A DNA stretch of 61,338 nt from Chiloscyllium plagiosum. Lineage: Eukaryota. Positions 12,292-24,150 of this stretch are shown here, one piece after another. A program made the position numbers and the translations under genes. Where the stretch lies: positions 4,327,865-4,389,202 of the forward strand of contig NC_057719.1 in assembly GCF_004010195.1 (NCBI RefSeq). The letters are read 5' to 3'. The notes beneath the pieces are model-generated. The model was not told where the DNA came from and made no database searches. It saw only the letters and a program-made list of their open reading frames with translations. How positions within the stretch are numbered: the stretch's first letter is position 1; each line of letters opens with the position of its first letter.

Positions 12292-12650
12292 GCGGGAAGG
12301 CAATGGCCTAGTGGTATTATCACTAGAATATTAATCCAGAGACCAAGATAATGTTCTTGGGACTTGAGTTTGACTCCCACTGCAGCAGATAATTGGTGGA
12401 ATTTGAATTCAATAAAGAATCTCAAATTAAGGGTCGAATGATGACCATGAAAGTATTGTTGCCTGTCAGGAAATACCCACCTGGTTCACTAGCATCCTTC
12501 AGAGAAGAAAATCTCCCATTCTTACCTGGTCTGGCCTACATGTGACTCCAGACCCAAAGCAATGTAGTTGGCTTTGAACTGCCCTCTGGGCAATTAGGAA
12601 TGGGCAATAAATGTTGGCCCAGCCAATGACAACCACATCTCATGAAAGAA
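12292..12650 (+). mobile_element. SINE-B, near full length
   Basis: A-box-like TGGCCTAGTGG, B-box-like GAGTTTGACTCC, shared body, LINE-B-type tail. Confidence 0.85.
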
Positions 12651-13450
12651 TCAAAAGAAATTGGCATGTCCCTACCTCTGAGTTCTGATGAGATGCTCTG
12701 GGTTAAACTCCCACTTGCTTTGATGGTGTGCCATAACAAATCTGAGTAGGTTAACTTAAAATAATGGAGCTGTCTTATATCTCGGGGTTTAAAGAACAAC
12801 ACACTTCAGAACCGACCTGGATATTGAGATGACTCTCAATATATTTTACGGCGGTTGATAAAATCAAAATCCTTTTTTGCTAAACTAAGAAACTTCAGAT
12901 GCCGAAAACAACATATTTGAGAAACACTGAGTAGTTTTATGGGCCCAGCCAAAGGTTGCCAGTCACATCAATTTTAACCTGTAAAGAGTTTTCCCCCAAG
13001 GAATGAAGACATTTAAAAAGTGCCACAGAGTGAAGGTTTGAACTGCTTACAGGTGGTTTACCATCTGCACATGGACTACATTAAGGAGCCCCATTCCCAC
13101 CGGCCTCCCACCCCACCCCTCTCACAATGGCCTCTTCCTCCCATTCTCCGATCACAACCAGTCTCTCCACATCAACTGCTCCAATCCATCAAAGAGGTTT
13201 TCTCTTTCATACTGGAAGAGCATTGGGTGTCTAATGGGAGGTTGACTTTCTGCAGGGATACAAGAACCATCTGCAGCCGTATTCGCCAAAACCCCTGAGA
13301 CAGCATCTTCCTTTTGGAATGGAACTGATAAATCTTTCTTTTTATTCTCTATTTTAAAAGTCTAGTGAGAAGATTAATAAGGTAGCTGACCGATGGGCCA
13401 CCTGATCCCTGAGTAGGGCTTTAATTACTGTTGAAGCTTATTCAGTGTGG

Positions 13451-13695
13451 CAAAATCACACAACACCAGATTATAGTCCAGAAGGTTTATTTGAAATCAC
13501 AAGCTTTCGGAGCACTGCTCCTTTGTCAGGTGAAGTGGAGGGAAGCGCACAGGCATGGAATTTATAGGTGGAGAGATAATGGCAAGATAATTCCAGGTAA
13601 TTAAGAGTGTCAAAGGATGAGTACAAATGGTGTGAGTGTAGTGTGGACAGGCTGAATAACAAGCCTTTGCAGGTGATAAAAGTGTCAGGTGAATG
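13451..13695 (-). mobile_element. Penelope-like 3' terminal repeat with hammerhead relic
   Basis: Minus strand reads TCAC-CTGACAA-AGGAGCAGTGCTCC-GAAAGCTT-GTGA; same family as 30290-30425. Confidence 0.75.
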
Positions 13696-13851
13696 AGTAA
13701 ACCCGGTATGAATCGTCTCTGCTCACCTCAGCTCTATTTAAGTAAAGGCCTCTATTTAAGAAAGCACATGATCAGTAAGTGTCAGACCGTCAGGAAGAGA
13801 GTCACCGTCACATCCGGAATCAGACACAGCCTGAATGAGTATATAGTACAG

Positions 13852-14358
13852 AGAAGAACAAAGAAAGAACAAAGAAAATTTACAGGCCCTCCAAGCCTGA
13901 GCTGATCCAAATCCACTGTCTAAACCTCTCGCCCAATTCCTAAGCATCTGTATCCCTCTGTTCCCCACCTACTCATACATCTGTCCTGACGCATCTTAAA
14001 TGAATCAACCGTGCCTGCCTCTAACACCTCTGCTGGAAACGCATTCCAAACGCCCACCACCCTCTGTGTGAAGTACTTGCCGCGTGTATCCCCCTTAAAC
14101 ATTCCACTCTCATCTTGAAAGCATGACCTCTCGTTATGGAATCCTTCACCCTGGGAAAAAGCTTGTCTCTATCCACCCTGTCTATACCCTTCATGATTTT
14201 GTAAACCTCAAGCAGGTCCCCCCTCAATCTCCTTTTTTCTAATGAAAACAATCCTAACCTACTCAACCTCTCTTCATAACTAGCACCTTCCATACCAGGC
14301 GACATCCTCGTAAATCTTCTCTGCACCCTCTCCAAAGCATCCACATCCTTTTGGTAAT
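13852..14358 (-). mobile_element. Young CR1 3' end
   Basis: ORF DALERVQRRFTRMSPG...RLRGDLLEVYKIMKG and (AGAACAA)n tail; close relative of 60731-61338. Confidence 0.95.
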
Positions 14359-14364
14359 TCGGAA

Positions 14365-14885
14365 GTAATGTGGGAATTTGGTGCAGAGGGGAAAGAGGTG
14401 CCTTTTAATTGCATGTTTGACTCATAGTTTGTAAGGTTTATCTTTAAAACAAGAAAAATCAAGTTTAGGATCAGGAGCCCAGCACAAATGAGTGACATCA
14501 CAGGTAAACTGTAAATTTCTTGCTTAGTGATACTACTACTTTAACTATCCATTATAGGTGTACTTTCAGATTAAAGGTAAAAAACTGACATATTTACTGG
14601 CTACAAACTAAAAGACCAGTACAAAATTTTTAATAATCAAATTAAGAACTGAAGAATTAAAATAGAGATGTCGGACCAGGTTATGTGTTTGTATCTGCAT
14701 GATGTGGGAGCTGGTGGACCCCATTGTGACCACATCTGTAACACGTGTTGGTTGTTTGAGGAACTCCAGCAGGGAGCTGAGGCTGAAGACAGGAAATTAT
14801 AAGCAGCTTAGCCTGACCTCGGTCTTTGACAATATTTTAGAGTCCATTATAAGGGTTGAGATTGAAGAGTATTTGGAAGTGCATG
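14365..14885 (+). mobile_element. CR1 5' UTR and ORF1 zinc-finger start, joined to a short RT fragment
   Basis: CMMWELVDP...DHICNTCWL-like coding near 14690-14770, then GNYKQLSLTSV...ILESII. Confidence 0.65.
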
Positions 14886-15011
14886 GTCATCTACTTTTGT
14901 CTTTGGTCTGCATAAGATTAATAAGTGGCTGATGCACATTCAAACACATCCCACAGACTACACCTTGTCTTGAGCTTCCTGTAACTTGTGCTGGACACTA
15001 TGTCTTTTATT

Positions 15012-15340
15012 ATTCATTCACAGGATGAGGATATCGCTGACCAGGCCAGCATTTAATGTCCATCCAAAATTGCCCACAGAGCAGTTAAGAGTCATCCACA
15101 TTGCTGTAGGTCTGGAGTCACGTGTAGGCCAGACCTGGTTAGGATGGCAGTTTCCTTCCCTAAAGGACATTAGTGAACTAGATGAGTTTTTCCCCAACAA
15201 TTATCTGATGGTCATCATTTGACTCTTAATTCCAGATTTATATTGTGGTAGTGGGATTTGAATCTGGGTCCCCAGAACATTACCTGGGTCTCTGAATTAA
15301 CAGTCCAGCGATAATACCACGAGGCCATTGCTTCCCACAT
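15012..15340 (-). mobile_element. SINE-B
   Basis: Reverse complement of the 12292 copy. Confidence 0.85.
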
Positions 15341-15652
15341 TTGCCAAAGGTCTAAACCCCAGGCTTCTCTCTTTCTTGTGTCACCCTCCCCTTTACTATC
15401 TGTGATGGATTCCCCAACCACCCCACCCCGCCATCCATTCCTCTCATCCAAACCTCCCAGTCTGTGGGCTTTGGGATTGTGAGCTACGGAACTTGCTGTC
15501 TTCATCCTTCCCTCCATATTATGGGGTGTCTCCTTCTGCAAATCTTCAGGTTGCTTGTCAACAAAGACTTTTCTGCATCATCAATGAGTGACAGTGATGG
15601 CCCTGGGTCACACTGGGGTAACCTTCTTCCCTGTCCACTACATCTCCAACTT

Positions 15653-17400
15653 TAGAGTCATAGAGTAATACAGCGTGGAAACAGACCCTTTAGTCCAACC
15701 AGTCCATGCCAAATATAATCCCAAACTAAACTAGTCCCACCTGCCTGCTCCTGGCCCATGGCCCTTTCCTATTCATGTATCTATCCAGTTAGGTTTAAAT
15801 GTTGTAATTGTACCCACATACACCACTTTCTCAAGACTTGGGAGTCACTCTCTGTGTAAAACATTTGCCTCTTAAGTCTTCTTTAAAATCTCTCTCCTCT
15901 CACCTAAAAAATGTGCCCCCTCATCTTGAAACCTCCAATCCTAGGGAAAAGACAACTAACATTAACTATCTACACCCCTTATTATTTTATAAATGTCTAT
16001 CAGATCACCTCTCAACCTCCTTTGCTCCAGTGACAAAAGTTCCGGCCTATCCAGCCTTTCTTTATAACTAAAATCTTCCATACCCGGCAACATCTTAGTA
16101 AATCTCTTCTGAACCCTCTCCAGCTTAATAATATCCTTCCTATAACTGGGCAACCAGAACTGGACATAGTATTCCAGAAGAGGCCTCAACATGACTTCCC
16201 AACTCCGATAATCAAAGGACTGAGCAATGAAGGCAAGTTTGCTCAATGCCTTTTTAACCACCCTGTCTATATGTGACACCAACTTAAAAGAATTATGTAC
16301 CTGCACCTCTAGGTCACTCAGTTGTACAACACTACCCAGGGCCCTACCATTAATTGTATAAGTCCTGCCTTTGTTTGTTTTAACAAAATGGAATACCTCC
16401 CATTCCTGATGAAGTGCTTTTGCCCGAAACGCTGATTTTCCTGCTCCTCGGATGCTGCCTGACCTGTTGTCAGGTCCAGCACCACTCTAATTTTGACTCT
16501 AATCTCCAGCATCTGCAGTCCTCACTTCTGCCTACCTCCCATTTATCCAGACTGAACTCCATCTGCTATTTTTCAGCCCATTGACCCATTTGACCAAGAT
16601 CCCTTTGTAATCTTAGAAAACCCTCTTCACTGTCTACTCTGCCACCAATTTTGGTGTCATCTGCAAATGTGCTAACCATACCTGTGATATCCTCATCCAA
16701 ATCATTTCTATAAATGAGGAAAAGCAGTGGAACCAGCACCAATCTTTGTGGCACACCGCTGGTCACAGGTCTCCAGTCTGAAAAGCAACCCTCCACCCAC
16801 CTCTGGTTTCTACCTTCAAGTCAATTTGGTATCTAATTGGCTAGCTCCCCCTGGATCCCAAGTGATCTAACCTTGCTAACCAGTCTATCATGCGGAACCG
16901 TGTCGAATGCTTTGCTGAAGTCCATATGGAACAATGTCTACAGCTCTACTTTAATGAATCTCCTTTGTCACTTCTTCAAAAAACTCAATCAGATTCAAGA
17001 GATAAGATTTCCCACACACAAAGCCATGTTGACTATCCCAGTCAGTCTTTACCTTTCCAAATACATGTAAATCCTGTCCCTCAGAAACCCCTTCAACAAC
17101 TTACCCACCACTGATGTCAGACTCACCGGACTATAGTTCCCTGACTTTCCTTCCCGCTTCTCTTAAATAATGGCATTAACATTAGCCACCTTCCAGTCTT
17201 CCGGCACCTCACCTGTAGCTATTGATGTTACAAGCACTTCCCTTGCTTCCCACAAAGTTCTGGGAAACGCCTGATCAGATTCCAGAGATTTATCTACTTG
17301 TATGCATTGTAAGACCTCCAGTCACCTCCTCCTCTATAATATGGACACTTTTCTAGATGTCATATTTATTTCCCCAAGTTCCCTAACTTCAATATCTTTG
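15653..17400 (-). mobile_element. CR1 ORF2 (RT to 3' end), with a solo pLTR inserted at 16401-16533
   Basis: ORFs VTSGVPQRLVLVPLLF...FADDTKIGG and LLEYYVQFWLP; tail TAGAGTCATAGAG. The pLTR is flanked by direct repeat TACCTCCCATT. Confidence 0.95.
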
Positions 17401-17776
17401 TATTTGTTTCTGACTCGATTTCTGTGTAGGCTTGCGATACAATCCTTTCAACTGAGCTTTTGTTCGTTGGATTTCTAAGAAAGAAAGTGTACTCAACATG
17501 TCAGCCTCATTGTACTTACCATTATCCTTCTTTATTTAAATCTCAAAAATTGTATCTGATAGCTGAATTTCCAAGTCATTTCCCAGTTTCAAAGATTCTT
17601 TTCCTTGCTGTCTCAGCCAATGAGTCTGAGATCTAATCACAACACAGTCAGGAAGCAATCTAGGATGTTGCTCCATTTCAGTTTCTTTTAAGTCCACTGG
17701 TTGTTCTAGCTCTCTTTGTGAGGCCAATATTTTTTAACCAGCTAGTTTTTTACCCAAGATAAAACCCAAGATTCGT

Positions 17777-17900
17777 GGGCGGCACAGTGGTACAGTGGTT
17801 AGCACTGCTGCCTCGCAGCGTCAGAGACCCGGGTTCAATTCCCGCCTCAAACTGTGTGGAGTTTGCACGTTCTCCCCGTGTCTGCGTGGGTTTCCTCCGG
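17777..17900 (+). mobile_element. HE1-type V-SINE, 5' part only
   Basis: GGGCGGCACAGTGGTACAGTGGTTAGCACTGCTGCCTC...GGGTTCAATTCC plus the V-domain start TGTGTGGAGTTTGCACGTTCTCCCCGTG. Confidence 0.9.
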
Positions 17901-18106
17901 GCCAATGAGTCTGAGATCTAATCACAACACAGTCAGGAAGCAATCTAGGATGTTGCTCCATTTCAGTTTCTTTTAAGTTCACTGGTTGTTCTAGCTCTCT
18001 TTGTGAGGCCAATATTTTTTAACCAGCTAGTTCTTTACCCAAGATAAAACCAATTCCTTCTATGAGGGATTTGTACACTATTCCAACTACAACTTAAATA
18101 AAAGCC

Positions 18107-18830
18107 ATGATGAGGAGGTGCAGGTGTTGGACTGGGGTGGATGACGTTAAAAATCACACAACACCAGGTAATAGTCCCATAGGTTTATTTGGAAGCACTA
18201 GCTTTCGGCGCGCTGCTCCTTCATCAGGTAGCTAGCGGGGCAGAATCACAGGACACAGAATTTATTGTAAAAGATTATAGTATCATACAACTGGTGCGAT
18301 ATATTGAACAAACCTAGGTTGCTGTTAGGTCGTTCATCTTTTAGAATGGGTTGCAGGTTTCATAGAATCCATACAGTGTGGAAACAGACCCTTCAGCCCA
18401 ATAAGTCCACAGTAACCCACCCAGACCCATTCCCTACATTTACCCCAGACTAATACATCTAATCTACACATCCCTGAACACTATGGGCAATTTCGCTTGG
18501 CCAATTCACCTAACCTGCACAACTTTGGACTGTGGGAGGAAACCGGAGCACCAGGAGGAAATCCACACAGACACGAGGAGAATGTGCAAACTCCACACAG
18601 ACAGTTGCCCGAGGTTGGAATTGAACCTGGGATCCTGGCACTGTGAGGTAGAAGTGCTAACCACTGAGCCACCATGCTGCCCTTGAGCCACTGTGCTGTC
18701 CTAAGATTTGATTCATTAACATGTAAATCCCAGAAATCCCTAAATGATGAAGGAGCAGCGCTCTGAAAGCTTGTACTTCCAAATAAACCTGTTAGACTAT
18801 AACCTGGTGATGTGTGATTTTTAACTTAAA
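18107..18830. mobile_element. Penelope-like terminal repeat, inverted pair interrupted by a SINE
   Basis: Minus hammerhead motif at 18193-18233 and plus copy at 18745-18780; the arms AAAATCACACAACACCAGG and CCTGGTGATGTGTGATTTT are reverse complements. Confidence 0.8.
18362..18700 (-). mobile_element. HE1-type V-SINE, full length
   Basis: Reverse complement of the 33399 copy, with a CR1-like tail. Confidence 0.92.
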
Positions 18831-19748
18831 TAAAAGCAAAATATTGTTTCAGATTTCCAGCTTCCACAAAGAGAATGCTGGAGGAACTGTGGAGAGAGAA
18901 TCAGAGCTAACATTTCAAGTCATGTATGCTTCTTCCCATTCTGGAGACTGGTCATAGCAGACTCAGCACATTAAGTCTCTTTCTCTCTCCACAGATACTG
19001 TTAGTCTCGCTGAGTTTCTCCAGTATTCTCTCTGTTGGTTCCAACCACAACTTCTGCATTTACTAAGTCACTCTTTAATCCAATTCTGTATCATGGTGCT
19101 GGTTTGTAACCTCCATATATATCTCCAAATCATGTTTTCTCCTTTGTTAACCCCTATAGAAGACAAATTGTATCTTCAGCCAACATCAATGACTGCTGCC
19201 TTGTTTGTAATTGTCCTCAGTAGAGAAGTTTCTGGTTACCATATATTCCTATCTATAATAGTAAGGATATAGTGAAGATGTCCTGCTTTTATTTTAGCTA
19301 GTAGTCCGAAACAATCTATGATCATGCAATTGATTGGTTCTTTCAAACGAGCTATGGGTATTAAAGGAGCTGGTTTGATTACATGCTAAGGCTTTCCTAT
19401 CGACACAGATGATACATTTTACAGAATTTCATCACGTTTTCACAACATCTTGGTCACGCAAAATGCCTGTTAATCAACACTCGAGCTCTCCATTTTCCTC
19501 CATTGTCCAGCCATAGGAACCTTATGTGCCGCTCTCAATATATCCTTATGATATCTGGTCTGTATCAATACTGATGATTCATCTGCAGGTCTACGATGAA
19601 GCCTTATTTTCCTTACCAGAACTCTGTTTCTTATATAATAACAGACTGGAATGCCTTCAGCCTCACGGACAGTGTGAGCTGTTGTGCTGACATACTTAAC
19701 TTCTGATCCACTTTCTGAGGCCAAATTACTGAAGATAAGTCAAACACT

Positions 19749-20760
19749 TAGAGTCATAGTGATGAACAGCATGGAAACAGATCCTTTGGCCCAACAGATC
19801 CATACTGATCAGATATCCTAAATTAATCTATTCCCATTTGCCAGCCCATATCCCTCTAAACCATTCCTATTCATATACCCATCCAGAAATCTTTTTACAT
19901 GTTAAAAAATCACACATCACCAGGTTATAGTCCAACAGGTTTATTTGGAAGCACTAGCTTTTGGAGCACTGCTCCTTCATCAGGTAGCTAGCTTGTACTT
20001 CCAAATAAACCTGTTGGACTATAACCTGGTGTTGTGTGATGTTTTAACTTTGTCCACCCCAGTTCCACACCAGCATCTCCTCATCATGACTACCATTTTT
20101 AAATGTTGTAATTGTACCAGCCTACACCATTTCCTCTGGCAGCTCATTCTATTCACACACCACCCTCTGCGTGAAAAGGTTACCCCTTAGGTCCCTTTTA
20201 AATCTTTCCCCTCTCACCTTAAACCTGTACCGTTTAGATTTGAACTTCCCTACCCGGGGGCAAAGACCTTGTCTATTTACCCTATCAGTGCCCTTCATGA
20301 TTTTATAAAACATTATAATGTCACCCCTCAGCCTCAGATGGGCCAGGGAAAACAGCCCCAGCCTATTCAGCCTCTCCCTATAACTCAAAACCCCCAACCC
20401 TGGCAGCATCCTTGTAAATCTTTTCTGAATCCTTTCAAGTTTCAAAACATCCTTCTGATAGGAGGGAGACCCGAACTGAATACGGTATTCCAAAGGTGGC
20501 CTCATCAATGTCCTGTGCAGCTGCAAATTGACTTCCCAACTCCTGTACTCAATGCACTGACCAAATGCCTTCTTAACCACCTTGTCTATTTGTGACTCCA
20601 CTTTCAAGGAACTATGAACCTGCACTCCAAGGTCTCTTTGTTCAGCAACACTCTCCAGGATCTTACCATTAAGTGTATAAGTCCTGCCCTGATTTGCCTT
20701 TCCCAAAACGCAGCACCTCGCATTTATCTAAATTAAACTCCATCTGCCACTCATCATCCA
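19749..20760 (-). mobile_element. CR1 3' portion with a palindromic pLTR inserted at ~19900-20090
   Basis: 185-aa ORF QRDLGVQVHSSLK...LERIQKRFTRMLPG...RGNLFTQRVV; tail TAGAGTCATAG. Confidence 0.95.
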
Positions 20761-22879
20761 TCTGATTAAGGTCAATCCTGTTGGTATAAATGTGTTTGTG
20801 GATGATGAGCAGTTGGCTACAATTGTCTTATACCCATGTTGTTGATGATGTTCAGGAGAACTTTAAGTTAGAATCTTGATGACACTATATTTCAACTGAT
20901 CGGCCATAATGTGCAAAATGTTGGTCAACTTTTCCACTGAAATAAAAGCAAAATACTCTGGAAAAGAAACAGAAATTGCTGGATAAACTCAGCAGGTCTG
21001 ACAGCATCTGCAAAGAGAGAAACAGAGTTAACATTTCCATTCTGATATGACTGTTCTTCAGAAGATTTCCATCAACCTCACCAGTAATTGTGTTAAAAGG
21101 ATTGGTTCCTGGAAATCAGGTTCTCACATCTATAATTGTCAGGATATTCCGATGTCCTGCATTCATTTTTGGTAATGACCCTGTGTGATCTATTCGCACT
21201 TGACTGAGTGGTTCTTTCAAAATGCTAGAGTTACTGGCTTGATTACATGCCGAGGATTTCCTACTATCTGATACATTTTACAGAATCACACTATGTTCTT
21301 TTGAAGTCTTGATCATGTTTATTGATGCTTGCGTTTTCTTGTATTTCAATACGTGGTGCCATAGGAATCTCATAGTCTATTCATAATATCTCCTTACAAT
21401 TTCTGTACGGTACTACTATTTGATGAACAGCCTTCCAATCATCATCTGTATGTCTGTGATGGTGTCTCCACTTCCTCATCAGAACCTCCCTTATACTCTA
21501 ATCCTTCACTGCAACCCGCTAACCTTCAGATTTAGTGTGAGCTAACTGGACTAATGTTTTAAACTTTGCATCTTCTTCTAGAGCCTCAATTACTAAGGAC
21601 ATGCCAAATGCTAATATTGATGACTCTCCTTTTTCAATAGAGTTTCAGCTACCCTAACATCTGCTTATGGTGTTACCGTAACCCCTTGGTAATGGCCTTT
21701 GTTCAGCCATTACTCTGGTACAATGACCAAGTTTGTTAAGATACGGTGAGGGAAGCCACCCAAACCTCTCATGGTCATAATCTTCTGGCTCAGAGTGAAA
21801 TTGCCAAGGGAAAGGCAACTTATCTGGGCCACACTGTAGGACCTGGCCAAGTAGCACCTTGAAAAGAGAAGATACAAGCTGTTTGGATTTTCCCATGCCC
21901 ATGACAAAAGGTGACATTTTATGTTCTATTAGCACAATACATTAATGGGCAGGGAGCAGAGGGATACAGACCCTGAGAAGATAGGTGTCAGGTTTAGATA
22001 GAGGATCTGTATTGGTGCGGGCTTGGAGTGATATAGGGACTGTTCCTGTGCTGTAATTTGATTTTTTTTTCATGACTGGATTCTATTGCAAGTCTGAGTT
22101 ATGAACTGTTGCACCTTTAACAAACTTATTGAGAAAAGACAGAACCTTTGAATGGATGTCAAAAAAACGTTGATAATGTAAAATATGCTGATAGCTGCAC
22201 CAATCTTGATGACACTATATTTCAACTTTTTAGGCAAATTAGGCAAAGCCATTCAAATAAACCCCATTGATGCCAGTGATATTAGTGTGGGGTCTGTTTT
22301 CCTGCAAGATGATGACAAGGTGTTGGAAACTGACCAGAGGTCACCAATAAATATTCAATCATTGATAAAGAGACAAATGCCTCTGCTGGCTCTACAGCAT
22401 TTTGAAACATTCATCAGCAATAAAGTGGAAGAAACTGTCATGGACTGATATGTACCTCAATTCTTCAAATTTTGTATTGTTTGTGGAAATGTTTTGGGAC
22501 AAAAACTTATGTTTATTTCAACAGAACTCAATTCAACGACAGTATAATTTTAAAATTATTCATGTGCTTGGAAAATCCTAGTTTTGTTATGCAAATTTTT
22601 AGTATGATTTGTTGTCTGGTTTAGCGGCAGCCAAGATAGTTTGGACATTATCTGTGAACGGAGTGGACTCACTCCTGGGGAATGATTTGGCTGAAATGAA
22701 ATTCATAGATTCGCCTATAATCGCGGAACGTATGAGTGAGGCTAAAGAGACTGAACAGTTGAAAGAATGAGCTCTAAGTCTTTTTGCATCCTGTGTAGTG
22801 ACCATAACAATCACTAAAGTTCGTTACCAGAAGTCAAAGTCATACTGCAATCAAAAAACAGAAAATATTGCAAATTAAA

Positions 22880-24150
22880 ACATTCACTCCTGGGATGTAG
22901 GCATTGCTGGCTGGGCCCAGCATTTTTTGCCCGTTCCTAGTTGCCCCTTGAGAAGGTGGGCGTGAGCTGCCTTCTTGAACTGCTGCAGTCCATGTGCTGT
23001 GTGTGGGCCCAAATACCCTTAGGGAGGGAATTCCTGGATTTTCACCCCGCAACACTGAAGGAACAGCAATACATTTCCAAGCCAGGATGGTGAATAGCAC
23101 AGAGGGGAACTTGCAGGTGATGTTCCCATGTATCAGCTGCCCTTGTCCTTCTAGATGGAGTCATGGGTTTGGGTAATGCTGTCTAAGCCTCTTTGATGAA
23201 TTTCTGCACAGCATCTTGTTGTGACTGAGCATCGGTATTGGAGAGAGTGAATGTTTGTGGATGTGATGTTAATTAAGAGGAGTGTTGTTGGAGCTGCACC
23301 CATCCAGGCAAGTGAGGAGTATTCCATCACACTCCTGACTTGTGCCTTGGAGATAGTGGACAGGCTTTGGGGAGTCAGGAGGTGAGTTACCCTACTCGCC
23401 ACAGTATTCCTATCCTCTTGACCTGCTCTTGTAGCCACTGTGTTTATGTGGTGAGTCTGGTTGAGTTTCTGGTCAATGATAAATCCCAGGATGTTGATAG
23501 TGGGAAATTCAGTGATGGTGACACCATTGAATGTCAAGGGATGGTGGTTAGACTATCTCTTACTGGTGCTGGTCATAGCCTGGCATTTATTTGGCATGAA
23601 TGTTACTTGCCATTTGTCAGCCCATGAATCAGTCCTGAAGAAGGGTTACACCTGAAATGTCGACTTCTCTACCTCCTGATGCTGCCTGATGTGCTGTGCT
23701 CTTCCAGCCGCCTGCTTGACTACCTTAGATTCTAGCATCTGCAGTTTTCTTTGTGTCTAATTTGTCAGCCCAGATTTTGTTGCTTTTGAACATGGACTGC
23801 TTCAGTATCTGAGCATTGCATAGTCATTGCCAAACATCTCCACTTCTGACCTTATGATGGAGGGAAGGTTATTGATGAAGCAGCTGAAGATGGTTGAGCC
23901 TAGGGCACTACCCTGAGGGACTCCTGCAGAGATGTCCTGGAGCTGAGATGACTGATCTCCAACAACCACAACTATGTCCCAGGTATGACCCCAAGCAGCA
24001 GAGTGCTTGCCCCCGTTATGCACGGATTCCAGTTATGTTACACCCTGATACTCGGCCAAATGCTGCCTTGATGTCAAGGTCTCTCACTCTTCCCTCTGGA
24101 ATTTACCTTTATTGTCCATGTTTGAACCAAGGCTGCAATGAGGTCAGAAA
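22880..24150 (-). mobile_element. LINE-B RT to 3' end
   Basis: ORFs ISAGVPQGSALGSTIFSCFINNLP and INILGFIIDQKLN...KAQVRSVMEYSSLAW. Confidence 0.9.
23625..23759 (+). mobile_element. Solo Penelope-like terminal repeat with hammerhead motif
   Basis: Perfect 13-bp TSD ATTTGTCAGCCCA (23612-23624 / 23760-23772); AGTC-CTGAAGA-A-GGGTTACACCT-GAAATGTC-GACT. Confidence 0.85.

Noticed and set aside
11712..12334. TH- and CV-rich ORFs
   Set aside because: Microsatellite translation artefacts.
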